Part shown: positions 54,001-64,000 of the stretch, piece by piece
Layout of the letters: every line of letters begins with the position of its first letter
Position numbering within the stretch: the first letter of the stretch is position 1
NCBI GenBank assembly: GCA_002189035.1
Contig: CM007989.1
Location: forward strand, 2,542,001 to 2,606,000
DNA length: 64,000 nt
Source: Utricularia gibba
Taxonomy: Eukaryota > Plantae > Magnoliophyta
Direction: 5' to 3'
Made by a program: the position numbers and the translations under genes
The notes under the pieces: generated by a model
What the model saw: the letters and a program-made list of their open reading frames with translations, nothing else
Told to the model about the DNA's origin: nothing
Databases searched by the model: none

Positions 54001-54802
54001 AATTTTCCAGCTGAATAATTTCAAATAAGTTAGGAAAAGGGAGTGAAGAAAAGAGATCAGATCAGATGTCCAACTAAGTCTCACTAGACAGAAAAGTTCA
54101 TTCAAACACTAAAGCTATCACATAATTTATAAAAACGCTGCCTTATCTCCTAGTTTTATCTCTTGATTTATTTTTAAACTATTAATCACCTCTATACTAC
54201 TCCCATTGTACCTATTTTATTATTTTTTTTTATTACAACAATGCACAGCATAACTTATATCTGTATTCCATTATCCTCAGATGCCTATAGTTTGCGTTTC
54301 AGATTCAGTAAGGAAACTGCCAAGCATATGGAAAATATTATGGTGCAAACCTTACGAAAGTGGAGGGGTACGAGTTCTTTAGAGCCAGAAAATTTGGCAG
54401 GTGTGATTTTGCATGCATCAGCTTGATGGATGTCTTTTACCTACATTATCCATCCAAGGTATCATCAGTTTTCAGATTATCAGTGCGATCACCAATCACG
54501 TCTAGAGAAAACTGACAGAATAAGTAATGAAGAATATGCCATAAGTGTAAAACCTTCACATACTGCACAAAGCATTTGAAGTCCACCGACCAAATAGTGA
54601 ACAACAAAACAAGAATGTGAAATGCTGAAATACAGCCCAAAACAACCGAGGCATCCCCAAAGTCCAAGCTCGGGACTACAGCTGCCAGCCACAATCCATA
54701 TAGCCCCAAAAAGGGTATCAGATCTAAACGCCACACCCGAGACCTTTTCTGCAGCAAATCAACTACATCTACCACTTTCCCGTGTACAAGGAACTTTGCC
54801 AT
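48088..54802 (-). CDS. PDR2: P5A-type ATPase (ER), PDR2/MIA/Spf1 ortholog, about 20 exons
   Basis: [15 protein letters not shown]; [18 protein letters not shown]; [14 protein letters not shown]; [11 protein letters not shown]; [10 protein letters not shown]; [14 protein letters not shown]; [12 protein letters not shown]; [11 protein letters not shown]. Confidence 0.96.
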
Positions 54803-55656
54803 TTCACTTGATCTGAAGATACAAAAAATGCATCTGTCATTAAAACAAGCATTGGATCCAAAGCGGGTTAAAATTAGGTTCTAGTATTGGAAAACTGCTT
54901 AAAACCGAGAGACTGGATCGAGCTACTGGCCGGTTTCAACACATAGGTTCTCTGAAATAGGTGAAAATTAACTGCATCACAAATGGATGCTTTTTCTTTT
55001 GTTTTATTGTTATTTAATTTTTATGGCAGCATTCTTCATAGCAGCTTCCATTTTTATTTAAGCAGCCAAACGGCAAAGATTGATCTTTCACTTTGATTCT
55101 TGATAAAACTACGCATTTGACATCAAATAAAACTCAAAATAGGCACAAAATTAGTGACGAAACCAAGAAGATTGGTGAGAATTTGAGACGGTTTCAAGAG
55201 GATTCCAGAAATTTACCGAGACAGAACAGGAGTAACGCCGCGATGTTTCGTTTTTTGATATTCTTTTCAACTAGCGTAGACTCACCGGCCGCCGCTCACG
55301 CATCAGGAATCTGGAACCTGAACAGGGGAGAACAACGGCAGCAGGGAGGACGGTAGCGAATACGCAGAGACTGCCGTGGAATACACTCCAATTAGATTTT
55401 ACTTTTCTGCAACTGGTCCACACACAGACGGCCCAGGATCAGGCCCATCATTCCACTACCCAAATTCCCCTCTAAGCCCACTGTCAATACTTTTTTAATA
55501 CGCAAGCGCACCGTAACAGAGGCACGAACCACCGTCATCATTTGATGAAATTCTACTTTTTTTTTTCGAAAAAGTTAACCACATTTCCTCATCATTGCTA
55601 CAACTCAATGTAATCCAACAAGTCCTTCCTTTTCCCACATCTCCTCCTCATCATCA

Positions 55657-58638
55657 TCATGCCAAAACTTTTGGGACATCTACCTCCGCCGCCAACTCTG
55701 TTCTCAGGCGCATCAGAAGCCGGCCAAGATAGTTTAGCCCTTCCCCATCTCGTCCGCCACCCCAGAACAGATCGTGCGGTGACGTTTCAACCAAAACGCA
55801 CCCTGTAGTGGAGAGCAGCAGGGAGGACAAGTTGGGGTAACTTGAGAATTTGCACTTCAGGGCTCTGTACATCACTTCAGTCTTCACGGATTCCCATTCA
55901 GGTCTCACCTACATACAACGCAATTCAAGCACTTCACTTTACTGGGAAGCAGTTCAAGATTCAGAGCATTTCGACAAAATTTCTGATGTGATCAAGGGTG
56001 GAACGACGAGTGTGACACAAAAAAAGTGAAGAGGGAATAGAATTGGAGTTTTTAAGTATTACGAGCATGTAAAAACCTTCCTGAAATTACTAAAATCTGA
56101 GATGGGTTTAGCTTATGACGAGGCATTTAAGAAATATAATACCAAATCAGGCCGTTGCTTCTGTGTCTTTCTTCCAATTCGTGCAGCTTCCTCTGGACTT
56201 TTCGCATTCTTTATGCGTTCTATACATTTTTTGGCATCAGGGTCATCCAAACCTACAAACTTTTGAGCCTACGGAAAAACAAGAATGGACATCATAAATC
56301 AATAATGTATGAAATTGTGGTACAAATTAGACACCATAAATCATGAGAAGGCACCTGGTAATAGTGTTCAACAGTAGGCCAAGTAAAAACTTCCCCATGC
56401 TCATCCGGCATTTGGATAGGGCTTAAGGAGAAATTCGAAAAGGCCCCATGAGGATCCCATGTTTTATAGAAGGATATAATATTCGCCTCATAAGGAGAGA
56501 CAGAAGGATCGATCCCAATAGTTTCCCTTGTTGACGGAATCATTGGGTTCAAGTCGGGTATTGGATGAAGAAATCCACTCACAAGCATGTCAGGACCCAC
56601 CTAGCGTGCATGAGGCATATAAAATAAATAAGCAAAAAGAAATTTATGCACCTGGTATCAGGAAGGATTTTCACGTAATCTTAACACAATGTGTGATTCT
56701 AACACCAAGGTGGTCTGTTCATGTTAAGTATGGATATGGATGACTCACTGAAAAAATGGCGACTCACATATGCATAACATAGGAAGATTCGCATCCAACA
56801 GGAGAACACATGAATCCAAAAAAATGCCAGGAATACTTGATGTGATATAATTCAACAGACGAGAGAAAAAAGCGGTTCTAACTTGTTCATACTGCACATC
56901 AAGTAGTTCCAATGCCTGTGACATCTCTACCATCCCGAGTTCTCCCACAGGAGATGGAGCATCCTTTCCACCAATAATCTTAGGAGCGACAAATGCATGC
57001 ACCTACTAGAACAAGGAAAAAGAGCATGTAGTGAATGTTAAAAAGGATCACTTTTACTGCATATTCAAGGGCAGCTAGCACGACAGATGTAAGTATAGAC
57101 TCATCAGAATGATGTCAAACTGAACAACACAAACCTTGTGTATGACACCGCAGGAAATAGCAGATGCAGCTAGTGTACCACCACACTCCCACAAAACTGA
57201 AAGGCACCCTCGATCATAGAGGTAATCCATCACAACACTGGGGTTAAGAATGTCGAACTCTACTACTTCAACACCCTTGGAAGCAAGATATTTCTGAAAA
57301 TTCCTTCGTGCACCTCTTTGTGTAGCGACCAATGATGGAGCCTCATCAACATCCCACAAGTTTGCGGATTCAGGCAGATCAAGAGTTGCTGACATTACAA
57401 TTCGCAAGGGCAAGTGGCCACCTCCATGTCTAGCTGTAAGACGAGGATCTGCATTGCAATATTTCATTGTGGAATCGAAATCATTATATCTATCATCATA
57501 CACTTCCAAAATCATCAAAAATTGTAAATTCATACTGTCTTTTCGTACAGTGCTTCCTCCAACTATTACTGCATCACTCCTACCCCGCAATTCAAAGACA
57601 TGTTTTCTTGAAATTTTGCTGCTTATCCAAGATGCATGACCAGTACTTGCCGCAATTTTTCCTGCAAGTTTACCCTAAAACTCAGCTATGATTGATAAGA
57701 TATACATATGGTAAGCATCTAAACCATATGAATAGATCTAACTTAAATAATTACTGTAACAAACCATCGAGAGTCATTGCATATTTCAGCAGGGAGAATG
57801 GAACTCGGCAAGCAGCTCTGTACAATAAAGGAGCATTCACTAGAAGACACGACTTCAGACTTTCCTGACGGACAAGTTCAAACCCTAGAATAAGTCATAC
57901 CACAAATCAAGCTGCTTTTGAAACAATGTGGAAGTCAGAATAACTTCATATTTGATGCCTCACCTCGAAACTTTTGCATCGGAGATCCTCACCAAGAACA
58001 TCAACCAACAATCCTTCACTCAAAAATGCTTGCACAGCATTTCCCCGAAGATGTTTTAAGGGATGTCGAATACCAATGACAACTCTAGTAACCCCTGCCT
58101 AGACGTCAAATTCCTCAGTGCATTAATATTTGAATATGAATGTTAAAGCATACAATGAGAAATGCAAACCAATCGCGCAGTAACCAAATCCAAGGCACAA
58201 CTTCTGAATTTCCAGTTAGGTACAGAACATCTTGAACAAGAAACCATTCAGAGGGAACACCAAAACCTGAATCAATGCAGAGACAGCGGCTTGATCGGAA
58301 AGACAGTGAGTAGGCTCCATATTAAGATACGCAGTGGCGCCGCGGCAGCTTTCCCCTGCTGCCTCAACTGCCTGCAACTCCGCCGGAGTCGTACCCTGCC
58401 CATACAGATACCCCTCTCCCACCACCACTCTTTCTCCTTCGGCTGCATCTGCAGCAATCACACAGCCGAAATTAGGATGCGGCGCTGTGATCCCTGCAGA
58501 TTTTTCAGCCAAGTGGGCGGCTCTTCTGATAGAAGCGGCGTCGAATGCAAGAGATGACTGCGACGTGGAAGCATGTGCGGGAATCGCTCTGCAAACAAGT
58601 GCAGGAGCAGGATTTGGCGCCAGCAACAATGACACCAT
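55657..58638 (-). CDS. PYRR: Riboflavin biosynthesis protein PYRR (defective deaminase, reductase and C-terminal NADAR/COG3236 domains)
   Basis: APHPNFGCVI with degenerate Zn ligands (PAELQA, MEPTHC); RGRSDAVIVGG; VLWECGGTLA; HAFVAPKIIGG; YKTWDPHGAFSNFS; DLFWGGGRDGEGLNYLGRLLM. Confidence 0.95.
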
Positions 58639-59881
58639 GGCCGGACCCTGGAGGCAAAAGAGAGATCACAGCCTCTCCTAGCAAGCAAAAAGCCTGTGTT
58701 GGTTTTTGCTTTGGATGGAACGTGGGCCATCTCCATAGTGGATTTGAGTATATGGGTCTGGTATTAAACTTTTTCTAAGCTAGCCCATATTCAAACTACC
58801 TGTTGGGCTGGGCCCACCTCCATCTACAGTCTTTCTTCTAAACAATAATATGAACATTTAATATTCATAGTCTCATAATGGTGACAAAATGAGAAACAAA
58901 ATCTTTGCTTCCCGAACCCAATTCAGAACATATATTTAAAAAGATCAGAGACAAAATTTGTTTTTATCCATTTCCCTATGTTTTGGAAGGCATAATAATA
59001 CTCATTTTATATACATATATATTTAACTTATATTACATGAAGTCATCATTTGTTTAGGAACATTCCATGAATCGAATACACAAAACATAGTACACAGGAT
59101 ATCATAAAAAACTTAAAATATTTTATGTCATTCTATGATAATCGCATGTTCTTGAAATCATAAATTATTATCATATCAAGATGGATTTCATGAATGTCAA
59201 TATTTCAATCATTTTGACTATTAAGTGCTTTCTCTAAAAGTTAATATAAGGTCATTGTTTTCACATCAAGGCTTCATCGAATCACTTGTATTTCATGACT
59301 CACTACGAAAAGTTTGGAACGAGTTTTAAAACAATATATTGTGAATAATATGAATTATCACGATTTGAAAATTATTACATTGAAAACAAATGATACATAA
59401 AAACATCATTTGCTCTAGGAACATTCCTCAGGTCTCACTCAACACACGACATTCATGTTTAAAACAATTGTTTCTCATTGAAAAAAAATTAAAATAATTA
59501 TTTTAAGATAGATTTTTATGAGATAATAAAATTAAGGAAAAAACAACATATGAAAAAGAAAACCCTCATTTTAAAATTATAGCTATTTAAAAATCTGACA
59601 ATTTGAACCAAACTTACAAATGAGACTGTAGAGCCGAGCCGTGATCGTTGTAGGCTACGTATCTTGGCATCTTAAAGGAAAGAAATTGCCGATGTTGAGA
59701 AATGCATTTCTAAAGTGTAGCTAGCTACTTATATTTTGGATAGGGTCTCAAGAAGACAACACGCGAGATCCTGGACTACAGCAACTGGATAACAAAACAA
59801 CCAAAACAACACAGCCACGGCTCAAAAACCTCAATTGCATTCCTCAAAGCCTAAGGTATGATATGTAACTCCCACGATCTC

Positions 59882-60640
59882 TTAATACGGCGGAGGAGAA
59901 GCCGGTGGAGGGGCCCAAAACGCGTCGCCGGGAGGCAGGTTATACGACGGTTTCGGCTGATGATCACGCCCTCCTATATCCCGAGACTGGGATCCAGAAC
60001 CACCACCAGCATTTCCTTCGTCAGTTGCTTCTTCTTCGAGTGGCAGTCTTTCATACATGGCGTTAGCGAAGGTTGCGGCTATGACCATCACCGGCCCGGA
60101 GGCCGTCAGTGCGCCCGCCACCACCCCTCCGACCACCTGCCCTTGGCCACCGGATAAGTAGACCGTCAATCCACTGGCACCCGGTGGGGAAGGTGTGGGC
60201 AGAACCGAACCGGAGAGAGACAGTATCTCAAATCTCCCCTGTAAACTCAAGACTCCACTAGGGGCAGCTGGCTGGCGCAATGTAACATCGGTGACCACCC
60301 CATTAGCGCTCAAGACCGCAACGCCACAACGGCGGTGCTGCGCGAAGCTAGCAATGGAACCGGAGATATCACTGCCCGCAGTGATTTCAAGGACATGGCT
60401 CTGCAGACAGTTGGAGCTCTCCTTGGCAATCACAATCGGCGGCTTCGGCTTGTTCTTGGAACCAGGCGGCCTCCCTCTGGGTCTCCTCCCCGACCCAGAT
60501 GACGGCTCGTTGACATCTGCTTGGGTTCGTTCTTCTTCAATTTCCTGATTCTCCCCCTCGTTCACACCCCCATTGTAATTCAACCCCGGAGTCGAATCCG
60601 GATTGGCCCCCACGTTTTCTGCCCACCACCTACTCCCCAT
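59882..60640 (-). CDS. AHL: AT-hook motif nuclear-localized protein, clade A (AHL15/19/20-like), intronless
   Basis: Single AT-hook [17 protein letters not shown] and a PPC domain with [12 protein letters not shown] and GGQGQVVGG. Confidence 0.95.
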   Translation of the reverse strand: MGSRWWAENVGANPDSTPGLNYNGGVNEGENQEIEEERTQADVNEPSSGSGRRPRGRPPGSKNKPKPPIVIAKESSNCLQSHVLEITAGSDISGSIASFAQHRRCGVAVLSANGVVTDVTLRQPAAPSGVLSLQGRFEILSLSGSVLPTPSPPGASGLTVYLSGGQGQVVGGVVAGALTASGPVMVIAATFANAMYERLPLEEEATDEGNAGGGSGSQSRDIGGRDHQPKPSYNLPPGDAFWAPPPASPPPY

Positions 60641-62217
60641 ATTCCAAACCCGAAAAAAGCAACAGCTACCAAAATACAGGGCCGAAGCTAAATCGAATCA
60701 AGTGGGCAAAACGAACAGGTGCAACGATAACCCTGGAAACCTAGTTGGGGTGAAGCGAAATCCAATCAAGAGTCGGGAACTGAAATTTATGGAAGGTGGA
60801 GAAGTAGTACCTTGGGAGATTCAGTAGGGACGGGGACCAGCTTCAAGTCCTTTCATTTCCTCTTTTTGCCCTACCCCTTTGTGCTTCTTTGCTCTCTTTC
60901 GCTTCTGCGGCGTACACCTCTTCAGGAAAGGGAAAAAAAAAACTACAAGGAAAACGCGTGGGGGCTGTTCATTAAATAGTTGCCTTTATTTATCCCCTAT
61001 AAAGTCAATGACATCGCCATGAGGTTCCTGCTGTAGGTTGAAATGTTTTCCCACGTGGGCGTAAAAACCCAATTCCCAACCTTTAATCCAATTTTAGGGT
61101 TCCCTTTTTACAGATGATAATTGCATTTGGTGAATTGGTTAAGCTGATTATTTATTTAATAAATCATCTTAAGATTTAAGTGATTTTGATTTTTTTTCCA
61201 CAAATTTTTATAGTATATTTTAAGTAATTTTAGTAATTTTTTTTATTTAATAACTAATTTTCTACAAAGCACCAATACTTGTGTTTCATGATTTCACAGA
61301 TGTTTGATAATTTTAGAATTACCTTTTAATTAAGTATATTTTATCTAATTTATTAATTTTTAATAAAATTTTAGTTTCTATACTAATAAAATAATAAAAA
61401 TAACAAATTTTAGATAAACTAGATTACTTTTAAAATATATTTTGGTCTTTCATTTTCATGCTTATGAGTATTAGTGGATGAGTAACTATGTCAAAGCATG
61501 TTTTTTTATGTACTTTTTTTATTGTTAGAGCATATTTAGTGATTTTCGAAAATGTTGATATGGCTTTTAGAAAATTACTTTTATTTTTACAAAAATAATT
61601 TATTTGATTAAATTTTATGTTGTGGAAATCAATTTTAATAAAATCTATTTTCTCGTGGAAACTTAATAAAAAACACAACGTCATCATTTTCAGAAATCAG
61701 TAAAGATACTCTTAGTACGATACCAATGAGGTGCGATCTAACATATTTCTTTAATGAACAATATTTTGATAAACACCATAATGTTTTTCATAATAACCAA
61801 GTTTTGATACAATATAGCATTGAATTTGGAAAATATTTAAAATGCTAAAGAAAATTTATTCTATAGATTCAGAAATCTCTATTTTGATTGGTAAAATTCT
61901 CGCATTATTGATATTTAAAATATAATTATTATTAAAATAAATATCGTGGATGAATATATTTTTACATATGAAAGATCGATTCGAGAGCACGTGGTATAAA
62001 TCTATGTCCTAAACGGTATTTATTTTAATGCGCAAATTATGTCAAATATGCGAAATCGGTAGGATGGGAACTAATAAAACCTTCAGCCCTCCGCCCTTCT
62101 CTGGCCGGTGAGTGAACCACGGCGCCGCCGAATTTCACATCAGTCCGCCGTTGTCTTCTATTACGTTCCGACGGCCGGATTTGGGGATTGAATTTATCTC
62201 ATCGCGGTTGACGGAGG

Positions 62218-64000
62218 ATGGCTGCCACTTCTGAACTCCTAGCGGCTCAGTTGTTGAATGTATGTCGGGTTCATTTTTTGGATACAGCACCATCCATGAA
62301 GTGGATCCCTATAGAATTTTGTGTGTTTTCGTGCAGGGTTCTTGCAGGCGGAAGCTGGTTTTGCCGAGGTATTCGTTGAAGCAGAACTGCAGTCCCGTAC
62401 TGTATCGAAAATCTTCTTCATCATTCGTTTTTCGCGGGAATGTGAAGATTAAAGCAACTGTCTACAAGGATGAGAGCAGAGTCGTCAGCGTTGTGCCAGA
62501 ATTGGAGGGGAGAGAATTAGAAAAAGTTCTACATTTATATCGTATTCCATTTTTACAGAAGAGTGCCGAGGAAGAGCTTCTTAAGCTTATTCAGACAAAG
62601 GTATCAAATCAAATTACGGGTTTGCAAACCGAGCAGTGTTTCAACGTTGGGTTGTTTGGAGACATCTCGGCCGAGAAGTTTTCAGTACTGAAGTGGCTTC
62701 TGGGGGAAACTTATGAGCCTGATAATCTTAGTTCTGGAAGCTTTTTTGATGAAGAGATGAAAAGGAGGGAAAATTCTGTTGTTGTAGAAGTTGGGCCTCG
62801 ACTGTCTTTTACAACGGCATGGTCTTCCAATGCCGTATCAGTATGCCGAGCATGTGGCCTGACTGAAATAAGCAGGCTTGAGCGATCACGAAGGTACTTG
62901 CTGTCCTTAGCACCTGGAAGTGCACCGCTGAGTGGCTCTCAGATTAGGGAGTTTGAGGCTTTAGTACATGACAGGATGACAGAGTGCATTTATCATGAAA
63001 AGCTCTCATCTTTTCAGACGGATGTGATCCCTGAGGAAATTATTTACATACCAGTCATGGAGAAGGGCCGAAAAGCACTGGAGGAAATAAATGAAAAAAT
63101 GGGATTAGCTTTTGATGAGCAAGATTTAGACTATTACACCAAACTGTTCATGGAGGATATCCAGCGTGATCCTACAAATGTTGAGTTATTCGACATTGCA
63201 CAGTCCAACAGTGAACACAGCAGGCATTGGTTTTTTACCGGGAAGATTATTATAGATGGCCAGCCAGTGGATACGACCCTCATGCAAATCGTCAAGAGCA
63301 CCTTGATGGCGAATCCGAACAATTCAGTTATAGGATTCAAGGATAATTCCAGTGCCATTAAGGGATTTCCTGTTAATCAGTTGCGGCCGATCCACCCTGG
63401 TTCCACCTCTCGTTTGGATATGATTGCTCGTGATCTTGATATCCTTTTTACTGCTGAGACTCATAACTTTCCTTGTGCAGTGGCACCGTACCCTGGTGCT
63501 GAGACAGGGGCAGGAGGTAGAATCCGAGACACACATGCAACTGGTAGAGGCTCATATGTTGTAGCATCTACTGCTGGATACTGTGTAGGGAATCTTAACA
63601 TTGATGGTTCATATGCTCCATGGGAGGATCCAACTTTCACATATCCTGTAAACTTGGCTTCTCCGCTTCAAATTCTTATTGATGCTAGCAATGGTGCATC
63701 AGACTACGGCAACAAATTTGGGGAGCCACTAATTCAGGGATATACAAGAACATTTGGGATGAGGCTCCCAAGTGGGGAGAGGCGGGAGTGGTTGAAACCA
63801 ATCATGTTCAGTGGAGGTATTGGCCAGATCGATCACAACCATATAGTGAAGGGAGAGCCTGAAATTGGGATGTTTGTTGTGAAGATTGGAGGGCCAGCTT
63901 ACCGTATCGGAATGGGAGGTGGTGCTGCATCCAGCATGGTAAGTGGTCAAAATGATGCAGACCTGGATTTCAATGCTGTGCAGCGTGGAGATGCAGAGAT
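62218..64000 (+). CDS. PUR4: Phosphoribosylformylglycinamidine synthase (large PurL type), 5' part; runs off the right edge
   Basis: Exon 62218-62259, then an exon from 62337 that stays open to the window end: TEQCFNVG, GPRLSFTTAWSSN, RLERSRRY, HDRMTE, AQSNSEHSRHWFF, AETHNFP, GAETGAGGRIRD, GYTRTFG, KPIMFSGG, AVQRGDAE. Confidence 0.97.

Noticed and set aside
55657-58638. Three-domain PYRR fusion with a dead deaminase and a NADAR domain as a novelty
   Set aside because: This is the established architecture of plant PYRR.
28105-64000. FolD, PYRR and PUR4 as a folate/purine/flavin metabolic cluster
   Set aside because: They are spread over 35 kb among unrelated housekeeping genes, with no evidence beyond coincidence.

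Overview
Gene-dense flowering-plant nuclear DNA with short GT-AG introns. I count about 23 protein-coding loci plus 2 degenerate ones in 64 kb, roughly one gene per 2.7 kb. The density and protein style suggest a miniature asterid genome such as Lentibulariaceae, but this is inference and was not checked. Left to right: CSLE cellulose synthase-like (truncated at the window edge), pectate lyase, small uncharacterised protein, QRT1-like pectinesterase, FAH, WNK11, a deletion-eroded PP4 (PPX) pseudogene, an Asp-less type-B-like response regulator, GeBP/STK factor, UBP24, BRN/CELF RNA-binding protein, FolD, fibrillin FBN8, mitochondrial EF-Tu, BPM, GPX, CUE-domain protein, degenerate OEP7 copy, E-class PPR, OEP7, orphan coiled-coil gene, P5A-ATPase PDR2, PYRR, clade-A AHL and PUR4 (truncated at the window edge). 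I could not support any tRNA, rRNA, CRISPR array or intact transposon. Many genes carry single-base deletions in G/C runs that look like long-read consensus errors, so apparent frameshifts should not be read as pseudogenisation. The most notable observations: (1) a PPR gene sandwiched between two OEP7 copies, the upstream one reduced to a 53-codon leader ORF; (2) a pseudo-receiver/GARP protein with Arg at the phospho-Asp position; (3) an orphan site-II/TATA/E2F/telobox promoter at about 18.3-18.5 kb with no annotated gene; (4) a spliced uORF abutting the PDR2 start and a 20-aa uORF in WNK11; (5) a putative NMD-triggering 3'UTR intron in the BRN gene. All calls come from manual reading and recalled family motifs; no database search was run.
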